Position numbers and translations under genes: made by a program. A stretch of DNA of 63,829 nt, the filler included, from Octopus bimaculoides (lineage: Eukaryota), in the NCBI RefSeq assembly GCF_001194135.2. It is 4 parts of 4 records of this genome, joined end to end, with 100 filler letters (N's around TTAATTAATTAA, not from the genome) between each part and the next. Parts side by side here need not be neighbours in the genome. Positions count along the whole stretch, not along the records: positions 27,686 to 56,896 come from NC_068993.1; 3 more parts are not named here. One strand, written 5' to 3'. The notes beneath the pieces are model-generated. The model saw only the letters and a list, made by a program, of their open reading frames with translations, had not been told where the DNA came from and searched no databases. Position 1 is the stretch's first letter; the number at the start of each line of letters is the position of its first letter. Positions 39,513-53,870 of the stretch are shown here, one piece after another.

Positions 39513-40904
39513 TACACATATACGTACGTACGTACATATATCTCTGTGTATGTATGTTTGTAAATGTGTGAGTTTGTTTGCATAAAGCTGTGTGAGTGTG
39601 TAGATGTTTGTTGATTAATTTCTTCTTTACTGTGAATCGTTCTATATTCGATCGCGTGGTTATGTGTGAGGGTTTGTTCGTATTTCTATGGTTACCCTAT
39701 GTATTCATGTTTGTCTGGGCGCACACGCCTGCATATAATGTATGCGCGCGCGTGTGTGTCTGTGTATATATGTATGTGTGTGTTTATCTGTGTGTGTGCA
39801 TATGCTTCTCTGCATTTGTGTTCATCGTTGTATATGTATATATACGTAGATACGTCAAAGCCAACAAAAAGTTACACGTACATACATACAAGCAAGCGTA
39901 CATACATATAAAAACCGTATATACATACATTTATACATTCATACTTAAAACAAAAGTACATACGTACAAACGTACGTATACACACACTCACATGCACACA
40001 TATACATGTGAATTTCTGTATTATGTTTATAGAGGTTTTTGTATGTTATTTCATAGTATACATGTATGTGCATGTATACATGTGAGCATACATGGGTTTG
40101 TAGATAAACATGTGTGCGAGTATTTTGTATTCAATTTGGAGGAGGATTATGCACTGCATGTTTGAAACAAAGATAAATAGTGAAACTACCAGAAAGAAAG
40201 GCGGTAGATATATATAGAGAGTGAGCGTGAGTGATAGAGAAACACTGAAAGATAGAGACAATTAAATAGCTAATGAGAACAAGAATGTGATAGAGAAAGG
40301 GAAAATAGCGAGCTTGAAGTGACACGCAGACAATGAGATAGAAAGAGATACGAAGACAGAGACGTATATTACAATGCGTGGAGATGAGAGAACTCTGAGG
40401 AGGGAAATGGAAGGTTATTGATAGCGATGTTGAAACGTAACAAATACGGTAAGAGTGAGAGAGATGAAAAGAAGAAAGAAAGAGAGTAAGGGAAAAAGAG
40501 CGGTGAGAGAAAGAGAGAAAGAATGAGGGAGAGGGATGATAGCAACCTTATGCGCTGATGGTTATTCCATTATATTTTACTGATTAATCGATTAGCGTAA
40601 AAAGATAAAAAGGCAGACAAATAGATATGACGTTAGATAAATAGAGAGAGCGATAGATGGGGCGACAAATCGATGGCTATTTAGACAGACTGACATACAG
40701 AAAATACAGATTGGTATGTGTGTTTGTGTGTGTGCGAGAGAGTGTGTGTGTATGTGTGTGTGTATAAATGTATATACATGTATATATATAAAGTTTGCAA
40801 GACACAACGAATATTTTAGAAAAATAAATAAGTAAATGAATGGAAAATTTACTGGTGAGTGTGTTGAATTATACAGCACTAACAGTTCAACATACGAAAA
40901 AAAT

Positions 40905-41128
40905 CTTCCAGTTTCGAACAAGTGGTGGACTATTTAATCATCAGCCTTTCAAATCCACAACACTGCTACGCACCAGTATCGTTCGTAATCTACTTTTCGC
41001 AGATGATGCTGCGCTAGTAGCGACCTCCTTAGAGAAAAGGAAGTTCAGGAAATTCTAGACCGGTTTTTGCTGCATGAAAAGCCTTTGGTCTTACCATCAG
41101 CATAAAGAAGACAGAAGTAATCCATCAT
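40905..41128 (+). mobile_element. RTE-clade LINE RT core fragment
   Basis: FRTSGGLFN...IVRNLLFADDAALVA...AFGLTISIKKTEVI. Confidence 0.85.
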
Positions 41129-41144
41129 ATATATATATATAGGG

Positions 41145-41300
41145 AGAATTAAAAAAAAAAACAATATACGAAGACAGGTGGTGTAGACAACAAACAGGTG
41201 TAATAGTGTAACGCTCGGGAAGTCTTTAACGTTTCGAGCCTACGCTCTCCCACAGAAAGAAACAAGAGAAAATAAAGAATGTGTAGTGGCTAGCGATCTA
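41145..41300 (-). mobile_element. Family C repeat with a minimal hammerhead-like fold
   Basis: Reverse complement of 41224-41259 is cttt-CTGTGGG-a-gagc-gtag-gctc-GAAA-cg-tt-aaag; flanks align to 23715-23852. Confidence 0.6.
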
Positions 41301-41619
41301 TAATGTATATATATATATATATAATTTATTTTGTATAAACCGTTTTCTGGTATATAACTCAATGCCCTGTCTAGAGTGAATAGTTATATTATATCGAAAA
41401 AAATGAAAGGAATACTCTTTACAGAATATTGGCCAGAGTCGGTCTATCAATGAGAGACACAAACAATGCAATTCAGGACACAATACTGAGTAGACACTCA
41501 AATGTTGATAAAATATCCGTTAAATAAATGCACGGATGCATACACACATACACACACGCGTGCGCGCATATGTTTGATAGGAATAGATCGAGTCAGAAGA
41601 AAAGTGAGGTACATGTTGT

Positions 41620-41880
41620 TATGTCGAGCTCTTTATAAAATGACAGGCTATACAGTGGAGAAACTGGGAAAATTAACAAGCTCAATTTACGATACCGGGA
41701 AGGAATTGTTTGGAATGAAAGAGAATGTAGAGGGTTTGTAGGACACAGTGTGAGACGACTGCTGTTATCGTTAGGCCTAACTCATCGTAAGGTAAATACC
41801 ACCATGAGTGATACCCAGACTACAGTGGAGAAGGCTAAGCCACTGGATTTGGTTAAAAAGAGACGATAAGCGATGGCAAG
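41620..41880 (+). mobile_element. RLE-type LINE C-terminus (HERO/NeSL-like), decayed
   Basis: CRGFVGHSVRRLLLSLGLTHRKVNTTMSDTQTTVEKA/SHWIWLKRDDKRW matches the EVGCRGF...AE.AS.WIW.KR...W tail. Confidence 0.65.
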
Positions 41881-42474
41881 AGAAATATTGAGCTTTGTTT
41901 TTTAATAGCAAGCGGGGCCTCATATCAGTGAGGGGGCCGGTGCCCATTGATGCCGTCGAGAGCTAGACCCCGAAACGGCGCGCATTCTCTCCTGATGACC
42001 CCATACATTTTCAGGCTTCTGCTATGCGGAGTTCTCGACTGGTAGCACTTGCATGTGCGAGTTGTTTGCAAGACATGACGACTTTATAGAACGACACAAA
42101 TCAACGGATACAGTAAACCAGGCAGTTATCGAAATGAGTATCAGGAAAGCGAAGTCTACTGGAATTTGATATTCCGCAAATCCAGGAGAATCCAAAGCTA
42201 AATGCAACGTTAATCATAGCATAATAAAAGAGACGAATTGATTTTATCTTATCACTACACATAGTTTCATTAATAGATTTTATTGTGACCCATAAACATC
42301 GTACAAATAGTTATGTAATCATTAAGGTTATACAACACGTTACATAGAAGCCCTCGAATCCTCAGGTTAAACTATAGTTCAAGTGAAAAGCGTATGATAG
42401 GCCATTTTGTTGTTATTTCAAAAGCCGTATCTAATCAATTGAACGAAAATAGATATCTTTCGAATATTGAAGTA

Positions 42475-42497
42475 GGGCGGTTTTCGATTGGCCAATC
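42475..42497. promoter_or_regulatory. GC box next to a palindromic double CCAAT box
   Basis: GGGCGG 42475-42480; GATTGGCCAATC 42486-42497. Confidence 0.25.
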
Positions 42498-44249
42498 AAA
42501 TACTTAGTTATATTATCTACGAAATTCAGAGAACTTGGAGTAGAAAGTGGGTGTGCCAAGACTAGAAAACAATCATTAGATGTTGTAAGGGATACTAGAT
42601 AACAGATAAGGACAAAGGGTAACGCAAATGGCTGGCACTATCTCACAAAAGATCTTTTATCAAGTTAACCGACTTATAGTGAGATGTTTGTGTCATGATT
42701 TTATTACCTACTAAAATTGGCATCAATCTACTATTCCAGACACCAAAGTTTTGAAAAATGCCGCTGCGCTAATCAGTCAGCAGATTATAGAGACAATATG
42801 ATCAATTGTATTGTGGAGAATATGGTGTATTGTCCAGCATGCATATACTGTCGAGATTAGCGTTTCAATTAAACATGTATGAAAAAAAGATTGTTAGTTT
42901 AAAATTTTAGACTAAAGTGACTAAATTTAACCTAAACTTGAGATATGTTGATCGAATATACTGTGAGTTAACATATAGCGAACTATAAGAGATAGAGGGA
43001 AATTATATATGTGCACACACAGACACACACAGGCACACACAGACACGCACATACACACACAATCATACATAGAATCATACACACAGAAACACATATTTAT
43101 ATATAACTTTGAGATTCATGGCTAAATAAATAATTAGTTAAATATTAATCAGATAATCAGTGAATTTCTTTTCATTTATCCTCTGGAATATTAAATATAG
43201 CAAAAAAAAAAAAAAACCAAAACTTCTGATCAATGAATGTTGGGAATTAAACATTTCAAAAAGTGCAACTCATAACACCGAGAAATTAGTTCTTTCCATA
43301 GAGCTGTAGGGAAAATTAAAACTCAATACCCATTCATTATAGTGACTACGAGAAATGGAAAGAAAAGCAAAAGGTGCAGAAAATGAAAATAGATGAGGAT
43401 GGCGGATGTGGTCGTTAAAAATGAAAAAAAGGTTCGGATATAAATGAAAATATCTTGATTGTGAGGTCATGAAGATCATAATAAATTGCTATAGTTAAGA
43501 ACTCCATTGCAATTGTAATGTACACCAGCTGAGTATTAGTGCAACGTTGGCTTTCTCTAACTGTTGCGTCTTAGATGTTCTTCTTCTGGTTGAAATGTAG
43601 AGCTCCAAGAGAGTACCTCATCTGCTAGAAAAGCAACTTTAAAGAATTGGCATATCATGGCACTCGTTACCAAGCTTTACTCGTTCGTGAACGACGTCTG
43701 GTTTTACTTTATAGAAAGACATAGATGCATAAATATTTATTCGACGATTGATACATTGTGCAATTAAAAGGGCGCCTCAAACTTAAGACCAGAGTCCAGT
43801 TAAAGAATGAAAATCTGACCAATGCCACAGGTTGATTATTTTGTATATCATTTTACGGACGGAGGTTTGCGGACTTAATATATTGACACGATATCTACAG
43901 CGGGTCAGCTGGTCCAGGTACCTCCAGCATTTCAGGAGCATAGACCGTCGTTGATGGCGATATTAGAAATAGTGTTGTAAGTGGTAATTTTGAAAAGGGG
44001 CACTTAGTCGAGTTTGTTCATGGCTTGCTGTGTGGTTCGATTATTATATTTCTTCTGACCGGGCAATCTGTGAGCGCAAGTCATTGACTAATATCAATTG
44101 TTCCATCGTAAAAATACGGCTTTCTAAACTGTTCAGAGTTATCTCTCTGAGGGAGGCTGAGTTGACAGAAACACGTCTTAGAATTTGATAGACGGTGAAA
44201 AGCAGTATTTACACCTTTCACCATAGGCAAGAATTCCCCCCCCCACACA

Positions 44250-44281
<32 letters not shown>

Positions 44282-45228
44282 AATATATGTGCGTATGTAA
44301 ATACGTGTTATACATACCTGCATACACACACTCACGCATATACAAATCAATATAAACAGCTATGCACAATGTGATACCGTAACGGAAAAGAAACAATCGT
44401 TACTGAACGTGACTAAGGGTGGCTGAAACTAGACTTTTCATACGTGACGCAATTCATTTTCTATTTTCACAGACAATTGATTAGAAATCATACGATCACG
44501 CCATCGTAACTTCCGGTAATCTCCTTATTCTTTATCGTTACCAATAAACCATATAAATACAGACATACATGCACAGAAAGACACACACGCACATAGAACA
44601 CATGCATGCGCATATAATCATAAAAATTAGACCATTATAGAATATGCTTTGTAAGCTCGGGTTTCATGACAAACTAAATAATTTTGTAATCTCCAGAGAA
44701 ATTCCTACAACCAACATCTCTGACGTATTAAATAATGTATACGCGTATCTGCTGAAATGTGAGCTGGGAGAAATTTTATATGCGCACAACGTATGCCGTA
44801 TGGAAATCAGGTGTTCCATTGGAAGGAGAAATGAAAATAATAAAAAAGAATTCTATAACTAGTTGTGGTTAAACAAAGAGAAAAAGAAGTGAGAATATAT
44901 GTTAATATTCAAAGAAATATATAACAACGGGAAAACTTGGTTTCAGTGATATATCAAAGTCCCCATATATATCATTAGGTATATGAAACCGGATAAAGAG
45001 GGAGAGAGGAAGAAAGAGGGCAACTATGTTGAGGAAGAGTTATTTTAGCCATTAAAAAACAACCAAAAAAATGGGTAATTTAGGTCTTTATATATTTCTG
45101 GTTTCCATATATTTTCATCGCAAAACTGCAGTTAATCATTAACATGTATGGATGTATGTAAACATGTATTTATCTGTCTGCCTGCCTGTCTCCCTCCCCT
45201 CTCTCTCTCTCTCTTACTATATATATGT

Positions 45229-45277
<49 letters not shown>

Positions 45278-45574
45278 NNNNNNNNNNNNNNNNNNNNNNN
45301 NNNNNNNNNNNNNNNNNNNNNNNNNNNNNNNNNNNNNNNNNNNNNNNNNNNNNNNNNNNNNNNNNNNNNNNNNNNNNNNNNNNNNNNNNNNNNNNNNNNN
45401 NNNNNNNNNNNNNNNNNNNNNNNNNNNNNNNNNNNNNNNNNNNNNNNNNNNNNNNNNNNNNNNNNNNNNNNNNNNNNNNNNNNNNNNNNNNNNNNNNNNN
45501 NNNNNNNNNNNNNNNNNNNNNNNNNNNNNNNNNNNNNNNNNNNNNNNNNNNNNNNNNNNNNNNNNNNNNNNNNN

Positions 45575-45622
<48 letters not shown>

Positions 45623-46034
45623 GACTAAATGATGTAACAAACGTAAAATTGCATAACATCTGATTATCATTAATAACACAAAATTATGAACATCTATATG
45701 TACACAAACCCACAGACACGAACACACATGTGATATATGTGTAGAAATGTATCATATATATGCATACATACATACAAACAAACATATATATAAATGTATA
45801 TGTTAATAGTAAAATGTTAATTTTTAATGTAATTGCACAGAGACACATTTACAACTAGCAAAAACATCTAAACTACAACTCCAACATACATAATTGCATA
45901 TATTTACACCAGTAACGTCAAGAAAATCACATATCTAACCCAATGCACAAATGCATTCATACAATCACACACGCACAAATATACAGACATATAGGCGCAA
46001 TGTAACACGCATATATACATATATATATATAAAG

Positions 46035-46080
<46 letters not shown>

Positions 46081-46865
46081 GCATGTACACTCCTCAAACA
46101 TTTCATTATTCGACGTATGTAATTACTGCTAATATATTAGTTGAATATGCTATTAACAAAAGTATTGATTACTTTATTAATTATGCATCCCCTGATATCT
46201 CTACAAAATCAAAAATGTATTTTAAGTGGGAAAATATTCCGAAAATTTTTCGGTTTATTTTTTATATTTCATTTACATTTTTTTTTTTTGTCTGAGATGT
46301 CATTTCTAAAATACATCGTACACTATAATTATTTCGAAAGCGACCTATGCAATCGATGAGTTACATAAATGACGAAAATAAAGCGCGGAAGCCTTAGCAC
46401 ATGCGTAACATGATGTACATTTAAAAACCATTTTTTTCTTTCTGTGGGCAATAGACCTGTACCAAATAATGCACAACGAGAAAACAACTACAATTTTTAA
46501 TTATCAAATTTCAACGTATAAACTCTTCTTTCCTGAAAATTAAACCCATATGTAATTTTCAAATTATGGTTATTACTTGATCAAGTGATAAGAAGTATAA
46601 TGTCAAATATATATTTATATACGAATGTTTATCGATAACTGTGTATGTTATCGATGACATATAAGTTGCTCGGTACATTTACAAAGGAATGACGCGTTGT
46701 TCTAATAGGAGGGCGATCAGTGTATATTTGGTTCGATAAGTGCATGAGGTTGTTTGTATATCTTATAAATGTTATTGTTTAATTGAAGTTAAATTGTAAG
46801 TAGAAGAATTTAACTAACGACAGCTGGCCGAGAGTTTCTTTCAGTGCACAGTTCACATATGTATA

Positions 46866-46904
<39 letters not shown>

Positions 46905-46906
<2 letters not shown>

Positions 46907-46975
46907 AGCCGCATGGCTCACTAGTTAGAACGTCGGTCTCACAATCATGTAGAAGTAAGTTCGATTTCCTGATAG
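46905..46975 (+). mobile_element. tRNA-derived SINE head
   Basis: gcatggctcactagttagaacgtcggtctcacaatc...aagttcgatttcc: decayed A and B boxes, no intact cloverleaf. Confidence 0.5.
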
Positions 46976-48829
46976 GGGCGTGCTCTTCAGAAAGATATTC
47001 TTTTTTTATGTTGTGTCTCTTTTACAGATCAAAACGTTATCTGTAAGCGGCGGTGGGGAATTGAAAGGGAACATATTCTGCAGTGTGTTTAAGATGTTGG
47101 ACTATCGACTATAGCCGTACGTTCAATTCATAATCCGGGTGGCGTATTGTATCCTCGATGAATTCATTTTATTTCGCGTTGCTTCAATCTCCCCAGCTGA
47201 AAATGAACGCCACCCGGGGTACTGTTGCAGCTATCTCTCGGCACTCTGCCGTGAAATACTAAACGTTACGCTGGTTGAATACTGAGGTAGGGTGGAGCGG
47301 GGCTGGGGTGAAGTGGGGCCGAGAGAGTGTCTGTGATTGCCTGCTACCTCATAGGTTCTGAAATCAATTAGTAAAAAACGTGGTTCAGGTCCAGGGGATC
47401 CCTGACTCTCAATGAATGCCTATTTCCACCCGAGTGGCTACATGTGTTTTATACTTTATTAAAACTTGAGAAATTTTTCGCGCGTTACCTGATTTTCTCA
47501 ACTCTATTTATTTGTGTCTGTACAAGAGCAGATGTTGTCACGTTAGTTTAAGCAATATTTCTGAACGGTAAGGTAGGTCCTTGTGTCTAATAGAGAAACA
47601 AGTATCTCAAAAATAAATAAAAAGTGGATGCTTATTATTAACTTTAATATTATTGATTAAATATTTAATCACATGATTTTTAACAGCTTCTTCTACACCA
47701 TTAGTTCTACTACCGTGTTCCTTAGGCCTGTACATTATTTTCGTGCTTTGGGAGTGTCAATTAGTGCGTGTATGTTGCCTGTGCGTTGCTTTCTTGTTGG
47801 GTCTGTTTTTGTTATTTCTTGCTTTACTTAAATATTTTGTCTGTATATTGTATAGAGATATGTGCTATTAGAGATATGTTTTATATTAATGAATAGTGAC
47901 TGTGTTTTGTATGCATTGCATGAGTTTTGTTATAATAACAGAAGAAGGCGGGTAATTTTGTAGAAAGTGAGATGTATAAGAGGTGTTGCTAGTATGAGTG
48001 TTACATTATTATTAGACATGTCACGTTGCTTAAGATTTGGTTTTTTAATTCTTTTGCGTCACATATCTGCTATATCAATTAATTACTAACGTCTAGGCGT
48101 AGCCATAAATGTAATTAAGGTCCTGTAGGGTATAAACAGATGAGATAATTAATTTTCTCTATGTCATGATATGACGGAGTTAGTGCATGTGAGAGGGGTC
48201 GACCGTCTCAAACTATTAAATATTATTTAGTTATATAATTTTTAAAAAAAGATCTCAGCAAAATAATTTAATAATTCTTGCTGCCATAATTCATTTTGAG
48301 AATGGTTTTATCATGAATGGAATTTAATTTCAGATCTTTCATTAAAAAAGGGTTAAATAGAAATATTAATATCAAGCTGAATGAATCTGTTTCAAAATTT
48401 TTTTGATGTTTTTTCCAATTTCTTTATTGTTTTCTTTTGTCATTCAGAGAATATATGGTGCCGTAAAATATTCTGGATGAAATTAAGAATATATAGCTAT
48501 TGTGAAATAATTTTAATGTAAATTAATTTAATGGAATTGTTTTATTTTCTAGAAACGACAGTGATTTAGCATAAATTGGTAGATTGTCGATATAAAATAC
48601 TTTACCATATTTAAATTTATATTGGAATCTATTAATTATTATTAATAATAATAATGGTTCTAATCTTAGCGTAGTCAACTTGGTATACGACTCTCTTGGG
48701 ATCGATTAAGTCAACAAAAGTGATCTAATAGAGTTGGGTGGATGACAACGCAATTCAGCTTGCTTTCAATTAATGTTCTGCTTTGTGACAAGTTTTTTCA
48801 TAAAAAAGAAAACTGATACTAGAAAATTA

Positions 48830-49420
48830 AATAAGTTTGTATTTGCGAGACAGCAGATTGCCTCATTTAGTTATTCCGTTGCGAATTTGTGCTATATCAA
48901 ATCTATGCATTAAAGACATTCTAAGCGTCATTTTGCCGTCTTATTTTGAGGTATTGTATATCCAAGACTACATCTATTATATATTTCTCCGTTTTGTAAT
49001 AGATTACGGGTTGGGGGATGTTTAACTAGTGGCCTTAGCAGGTCTAGTGATCTCATAGGTTTACTTATATTTCTCGGGTTTGAGGGTCTGTGATCGAATA
49101 TTGCGGGCAATTGCTCGAGTTCTTCGTTTAGTTCATTAGGAATCGATCGTATATATATATATATATATATNNNNNNNNNNNNNNNNNNNNNNNNNNNNNN
49201 NNNNNNNNNNNNNNNNNNNNNNNNNNNNNNNNNNNNNNNNNNNNNNNNNNNNNNNNNNNNNNNNNNNNNNNNNNNNNNNNNNNNNNNNNNNNNNNNNNNN
49301 NNNNNNATATATGTGTGTGTGTGTGTGTACACATCCTTCCTGAATACGTTGGTCCACATGCTTGGCTATTCTAGAAACAGCTATAAGAGATTCTGTATAT
49401 CTATATTCTCTGTCTGAATG
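48830..49420 (-). mobile_element. Possible Penelope-like RT thumb remnant split by a microsatellite/gap
   Basis: ESLIAVSRIAKHVDQRIQE..[gap]..LNEELEQLPAIFDHRPSNPRNI loosely follows PLE 'L..R...IC....L..EL..L..IF..NGYP'. Confidence 0.3.
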
Positions 49421-51280
49421 AAGTGACTTTGTCAAGTGATATCAAACAGCTTGTTTTCTTAATATTTACTCTAATCTTTTTCAACCTGCTCAAGGATAAA
49501 CCACCTATAGCCGCTTCTGATAGCAAGTCTCAACAACACACCTTCAGATGCAGTTCAAACCGTAGTTTTAGTGGTAAAACAAACATAACAGCAGCTATTC
49601 CTTTATATAACCGCATACATACATACATACATACATACATACACACACACACATACATACATATACATATATATATATATNNNNNNNNNNNNNNNNNNNN
49701 NNNNNNNNNNNNNNNNNNNNNNNNNNNNNNNNNNNNNNNNNNNNNNNNNNNNNNNNNNNNNNNNNNNNNNNNNNNNNNNNNNNNNNNNNNNNNNNNNNNN
49801 NNNNNNNNNNNNNNNNNNNNNNNNNNNNNNNTATTATGTAAGCATGTATTCATATATATAAGTATGGATTAGGAATGCAATCAACAGAAAAGGAAGACAG
49901 GTGTAGGTATTAGTTTAATTGTTTAACACTTAAAAAGAAGGAAAGAGTTTTCACGTTTCGAACGCTGGCACTTTATCAACAGACAGAGGGGAAAATGAAA
50001 AAAGGACAGTGAAAAGGAAAAGTGATCCGAGAAAACAAAAACGGGAGAGGATTTAGAGGCTACGCTGGAATGCAGTTCTGTAAGGGGGTTCAGAATGGTA
50101 GAGGGAGGGTTGTAGGAGTGTAGCTGTGTAAAAACAAATAGACACGCACTAACATACACACCTACTCACCGCACACACATGCATAAATAGATGCAGCATG
50201 GTTGAATGAAGTTGGACTTCGTTTCGAAATCGTGAGGTACGAGCTTCTAATCCATTGTGTGCTTTCTCGATTCCCTCGGCCCATGTGTGCAGAACTGTAA
50301 ATAGAAATTCTGCGGAAGGCCACCGGAGAGACTGTGCCTGTAATTCAATTTCTACCTAAGCATGCGCTGTGTAACTCTTATTCTTCCAAACGATTATACT
50401 AAGGGTACATGTGTTGTTGAAACGGTCAGCCACTTCACACGTCAAGTCAAAGAGTAAATCACTAAATTTAGCAAATCACTGAATAAACAGCTTTGAAATC
50501 GATGGAATGTGTTTGTGTGTCTGTATGTCTGTGTGCTGTGAGCTTTTCAATAGCTTGCTACATCTACTCTTCTGTGTACATACGTTGTGTTGTATTGCTC
50601 TAATGTTAGACATCTATAGCTTCCTTTATTTAAATACGGAGTCCGTTTTCCTGGATAAATCTGAACGAAGTCTTGAATATTTTATAGTATTTTAATATTC
50701 TTACTATACCTACTCAATTCGAATCTTTTGTAACTTATTCAAATATGGATGTCATATTTGAATAAGATACGTAACTATAATATACATCTATTGTCACTGT
50801 TGCTGTTGACTATTCGTTTTCCTAAACCAAGACAACAGTATACTCCTCTATAGATAGCCATAACGAGACACAAACTCCCGTGAATTGCTTCGGATTCCTG
50901 GTTAAACTTAATTATTTTCATTCCCATAACAAATTACCATAGAAAAGCACACATAACCTTTCCTCAAAAATGATTAGCTCTTTTACCTTGTCACAAATAA
51001 ATGCAATATGCATTTCTGGTAAGCAGATTTCCAAATCTTAACCATTTTAATTCAGTTATTCAGTTAATACATTTATGTTCGGGAAGGTCTGGAAACAATG
51101 ACGAAGTTGTTACAACAGTATACTCGAGAAAAGTTTCTGTTATATTCAGCGTTCAATTAGATTCTCAATTTTTGCAGCCCAACCCAAAGAAATATTTCTG
51201 TCTCTTTTACAGATTGACAGTAGTAAATGTACAAGAACAATTCTACTTTATGATTTCTGCAAGAACAATTCTACTCCTAT

Positions 51281-51400
51281 GGAGGAGTGCGGCCTAGTGG
51301 CTAGAGAGTTGGCTTACACTCTGAAGGTCGTAGGTTCAAATACTAGAGCCAGCAGCGCGTAGTGACTTTGAGCAAAGCACTTAATTTTAAGTCATACTCT
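51281..51400 (+). mobile_element. tRNA-derived SINE head plus core
   Basis: ggagtgcggcctagtggctagagagttggc...ggtcgtaggttcaaatac...gtgactttgagcaaagcacttaa. Confidence 0.6.
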
Positions 51401-51848
51401 TGAGTTACAGCTATTTATAGATCAATGTTAAATTACAATCGTGTGCTGTTCCAGTTGTCTCCACCTCAATTTCTCTCTTTCTGGATGTATTGCTTGTTTA
51501 AGAATGTCGGAGCCGACAAGGGATGCCTATGTCCTCTCATGGCTGTAAAGACACTAAAAACAATTTATAAGAGCATAGTACATGTTACTAAGACATACTC
51601 GTTCGCAAGTGACGATTGGCTATGCTCTGCTATCACACTTCCGCGCAACCCTAAAACACAAAATTTTAGAAACTTTTAAGTACTGAAAAGTGTATGTAAA
51701 AAGAAACTTACCTTAATTTCTAGATCACAATATAGTATTTGCTTGCCTTTGGCCATGTTAGAAATGTCGGTGAATGGAAAACTGATGATAAAACAATTGT
51801 AAATATATGCAACAAATAATAAATATTAGGCAATATAAACTCAAATTT

Positions 51849-51892
<44 letters not shown>

Positions 51893-51950
51893 NNNNNNNN
51901 NNNNNNNNNNNNNNNNNNNNNNNNNNNNNNNNNNNNNNNNNNNNNNNNNN

Positions 51951-51999
<49 letters not shown>

Positions 52000-53201
52000 A
52001 CATAAATAGGAAGAGTCTTACCCCTGGAGATTATACTTACGTTATTGCCCCAGTTGTAGATCGATGACACTACGGAGTACAAATCAACGGCGACGCCCCT
52101 TCGTGTTTGCTTATCCGGCTAAACATATCGGATTAAATTCTTTTCAGTATGACGTTTAACATAGTATTTCGGGCTACCCAACATTATTTCTATTTTTATT
52201 GATTTTCAGCAGAGATGAAGTATAACTTTAAACTAAGCTGTTCTCTGAATGATTATTCTGTCATATTCGTGCTATGAAAAACGATATTATTCAGTTGCGA
52301 TCTTCATTCGTTTAAGACAATAGTCAGTATCTTTTGAGAGATTTAGCTACTATAACTAGCAAATCGAGCATCTGCAAACACACTTCCTTTCCTATACGGT
52401 GTTTGTTTCCGTGAAATGTGCATCTCATTGTATTGTTTGGAACCACCGAACGAGTCTAAGTTACCGAATCTTCATGGTAGAAAACTTTCCACATTATATA
52501 ATCAACCAAGAATATACACACACACAGTATCAACACATAACTGCAAGAGGAAGTGAATCCAGTAGAGATCGCCTCGGGAGATTTAAGAATCTACGGAATC
52601 AACAAGAATTCTCTCTTTCCTGTTTTGCATATATCTGTACGAGTTATCTGAATCAGTGCCATCAACAGTTCCAAGGCCTCTAAGTGTTTACTTCCACAGC
52701 TTCAATAACAATCAAATCTCACTTTCACTCATACACCATTATCTTGAAAAGGAAAGACATCATTGGATAATGTAGTCCGGGAGACAGTATGTCTTAAAAT
52801 GAGACGGCTGCTATGTCTTTCATCATGGTTCACTGCGTTGAGGGCTGGTTTGAGTTCTGAAGGAATCACAATAAATATACTGATCGATGATGGCATAGCA
52901 ATATTTATTGTATTTCAGATTTGTTATTATATTTAAGACGCAAATCACCTTCAAGTTCACTTCAAATGACGTAGTTTAAAAATGAAAGAGTAATGTAGTC
53001 CTAGATGGACTATGCCAACAAAACGAAGAGAAAATGATAATAATTGCTGGGAATAAACAGATATGTGTGTGGTGGATCACATGTGAACCAGCACCTGACA
53101 ACAATAACAATATACTTTATTTCTGATTCCTAACTACATGTAGACTTATCTCCCCACGAACACACATATAGACATATCTGTGTGTGTGCGCGCGCGCGGG
53201 A

Positions 53202-53237
<36 letters not shown>

Positions 53238-53280
53238 ATATATGCATAGATTTGAACCAATGAAATATGGTCATGTCGTA

Positions 53281-53870
53281 ACGACGGGGTACACAAAAGT
53301 AACCGGAAATTTGCAATATTTCATTCATTTAGTTTTACCTGGTTACACATTTATCGCCTCTGACGTATTCCCCATTTGAAGTAATGCATCAGCCCAGACG
53401 CGTTTTTCACTGTTTGAAGCAGTTCTGGAACTCTTACGATGTCTTTTAACGCCTCTGTCGTTTTATTCCTCACCATTTCCACATCTGCAAATTCTGTAAG
53501 CAACAACACATGTCACCAGAGATGAACTTCGAAAAAAAAGTCCGAATCAACTTGCATACGTTGTTTCAGTTCACGACACGCATTCACTCATGACTGCTTA
53601 TGAACTTCCGTGAGCAACTAAGGCATAAATTTCGCTACAACTCTTTTCATTCGCAATTTCTCGCTCAAAATTCGTTCACAGGAGCTCCATGATACACCAG
53701 CCATATCAACAAGTTCGTCAATTGTTCGGTGACGATCCTCCAAAATCAGCTCATGAATTTTCATGATGTTTTCATTCGTTCGGGAAGTCGACGGTCGTCC
53801 TAGACGAGGTTGAATTTCAAGCGACAAGTGACCATTCCTAAAGTGCAGAAACAACTAGTAAACTAGAGTT
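53281..53870 (-). mobile_element. Internally deleted mariner relic
   Basis: Minus strand: PRLGRPSTSRTNENIMKIHELILEDRHRTIDELVDMAGVSWSSCERILSEKLRMKRVVAKFMP* (HTH region) joined to C-terminal FADVEMVRNKTTEALKDI..; TIR-like acgacggggtacacaaaagtaaccggaa at 53281. Confidence 0.8.

Noticed and set aside
41960-42005. Hammerhead-like GAAAC...CTGATGA
   Set aside because: The would-be stem II strands (cccc / cccc) cannot pair.
52540-52700. Possible hAT dimerisation-domain remnant (..NKNSLFPVL..)
   Set aside because: Too few conserved residues to distinguish from chance.
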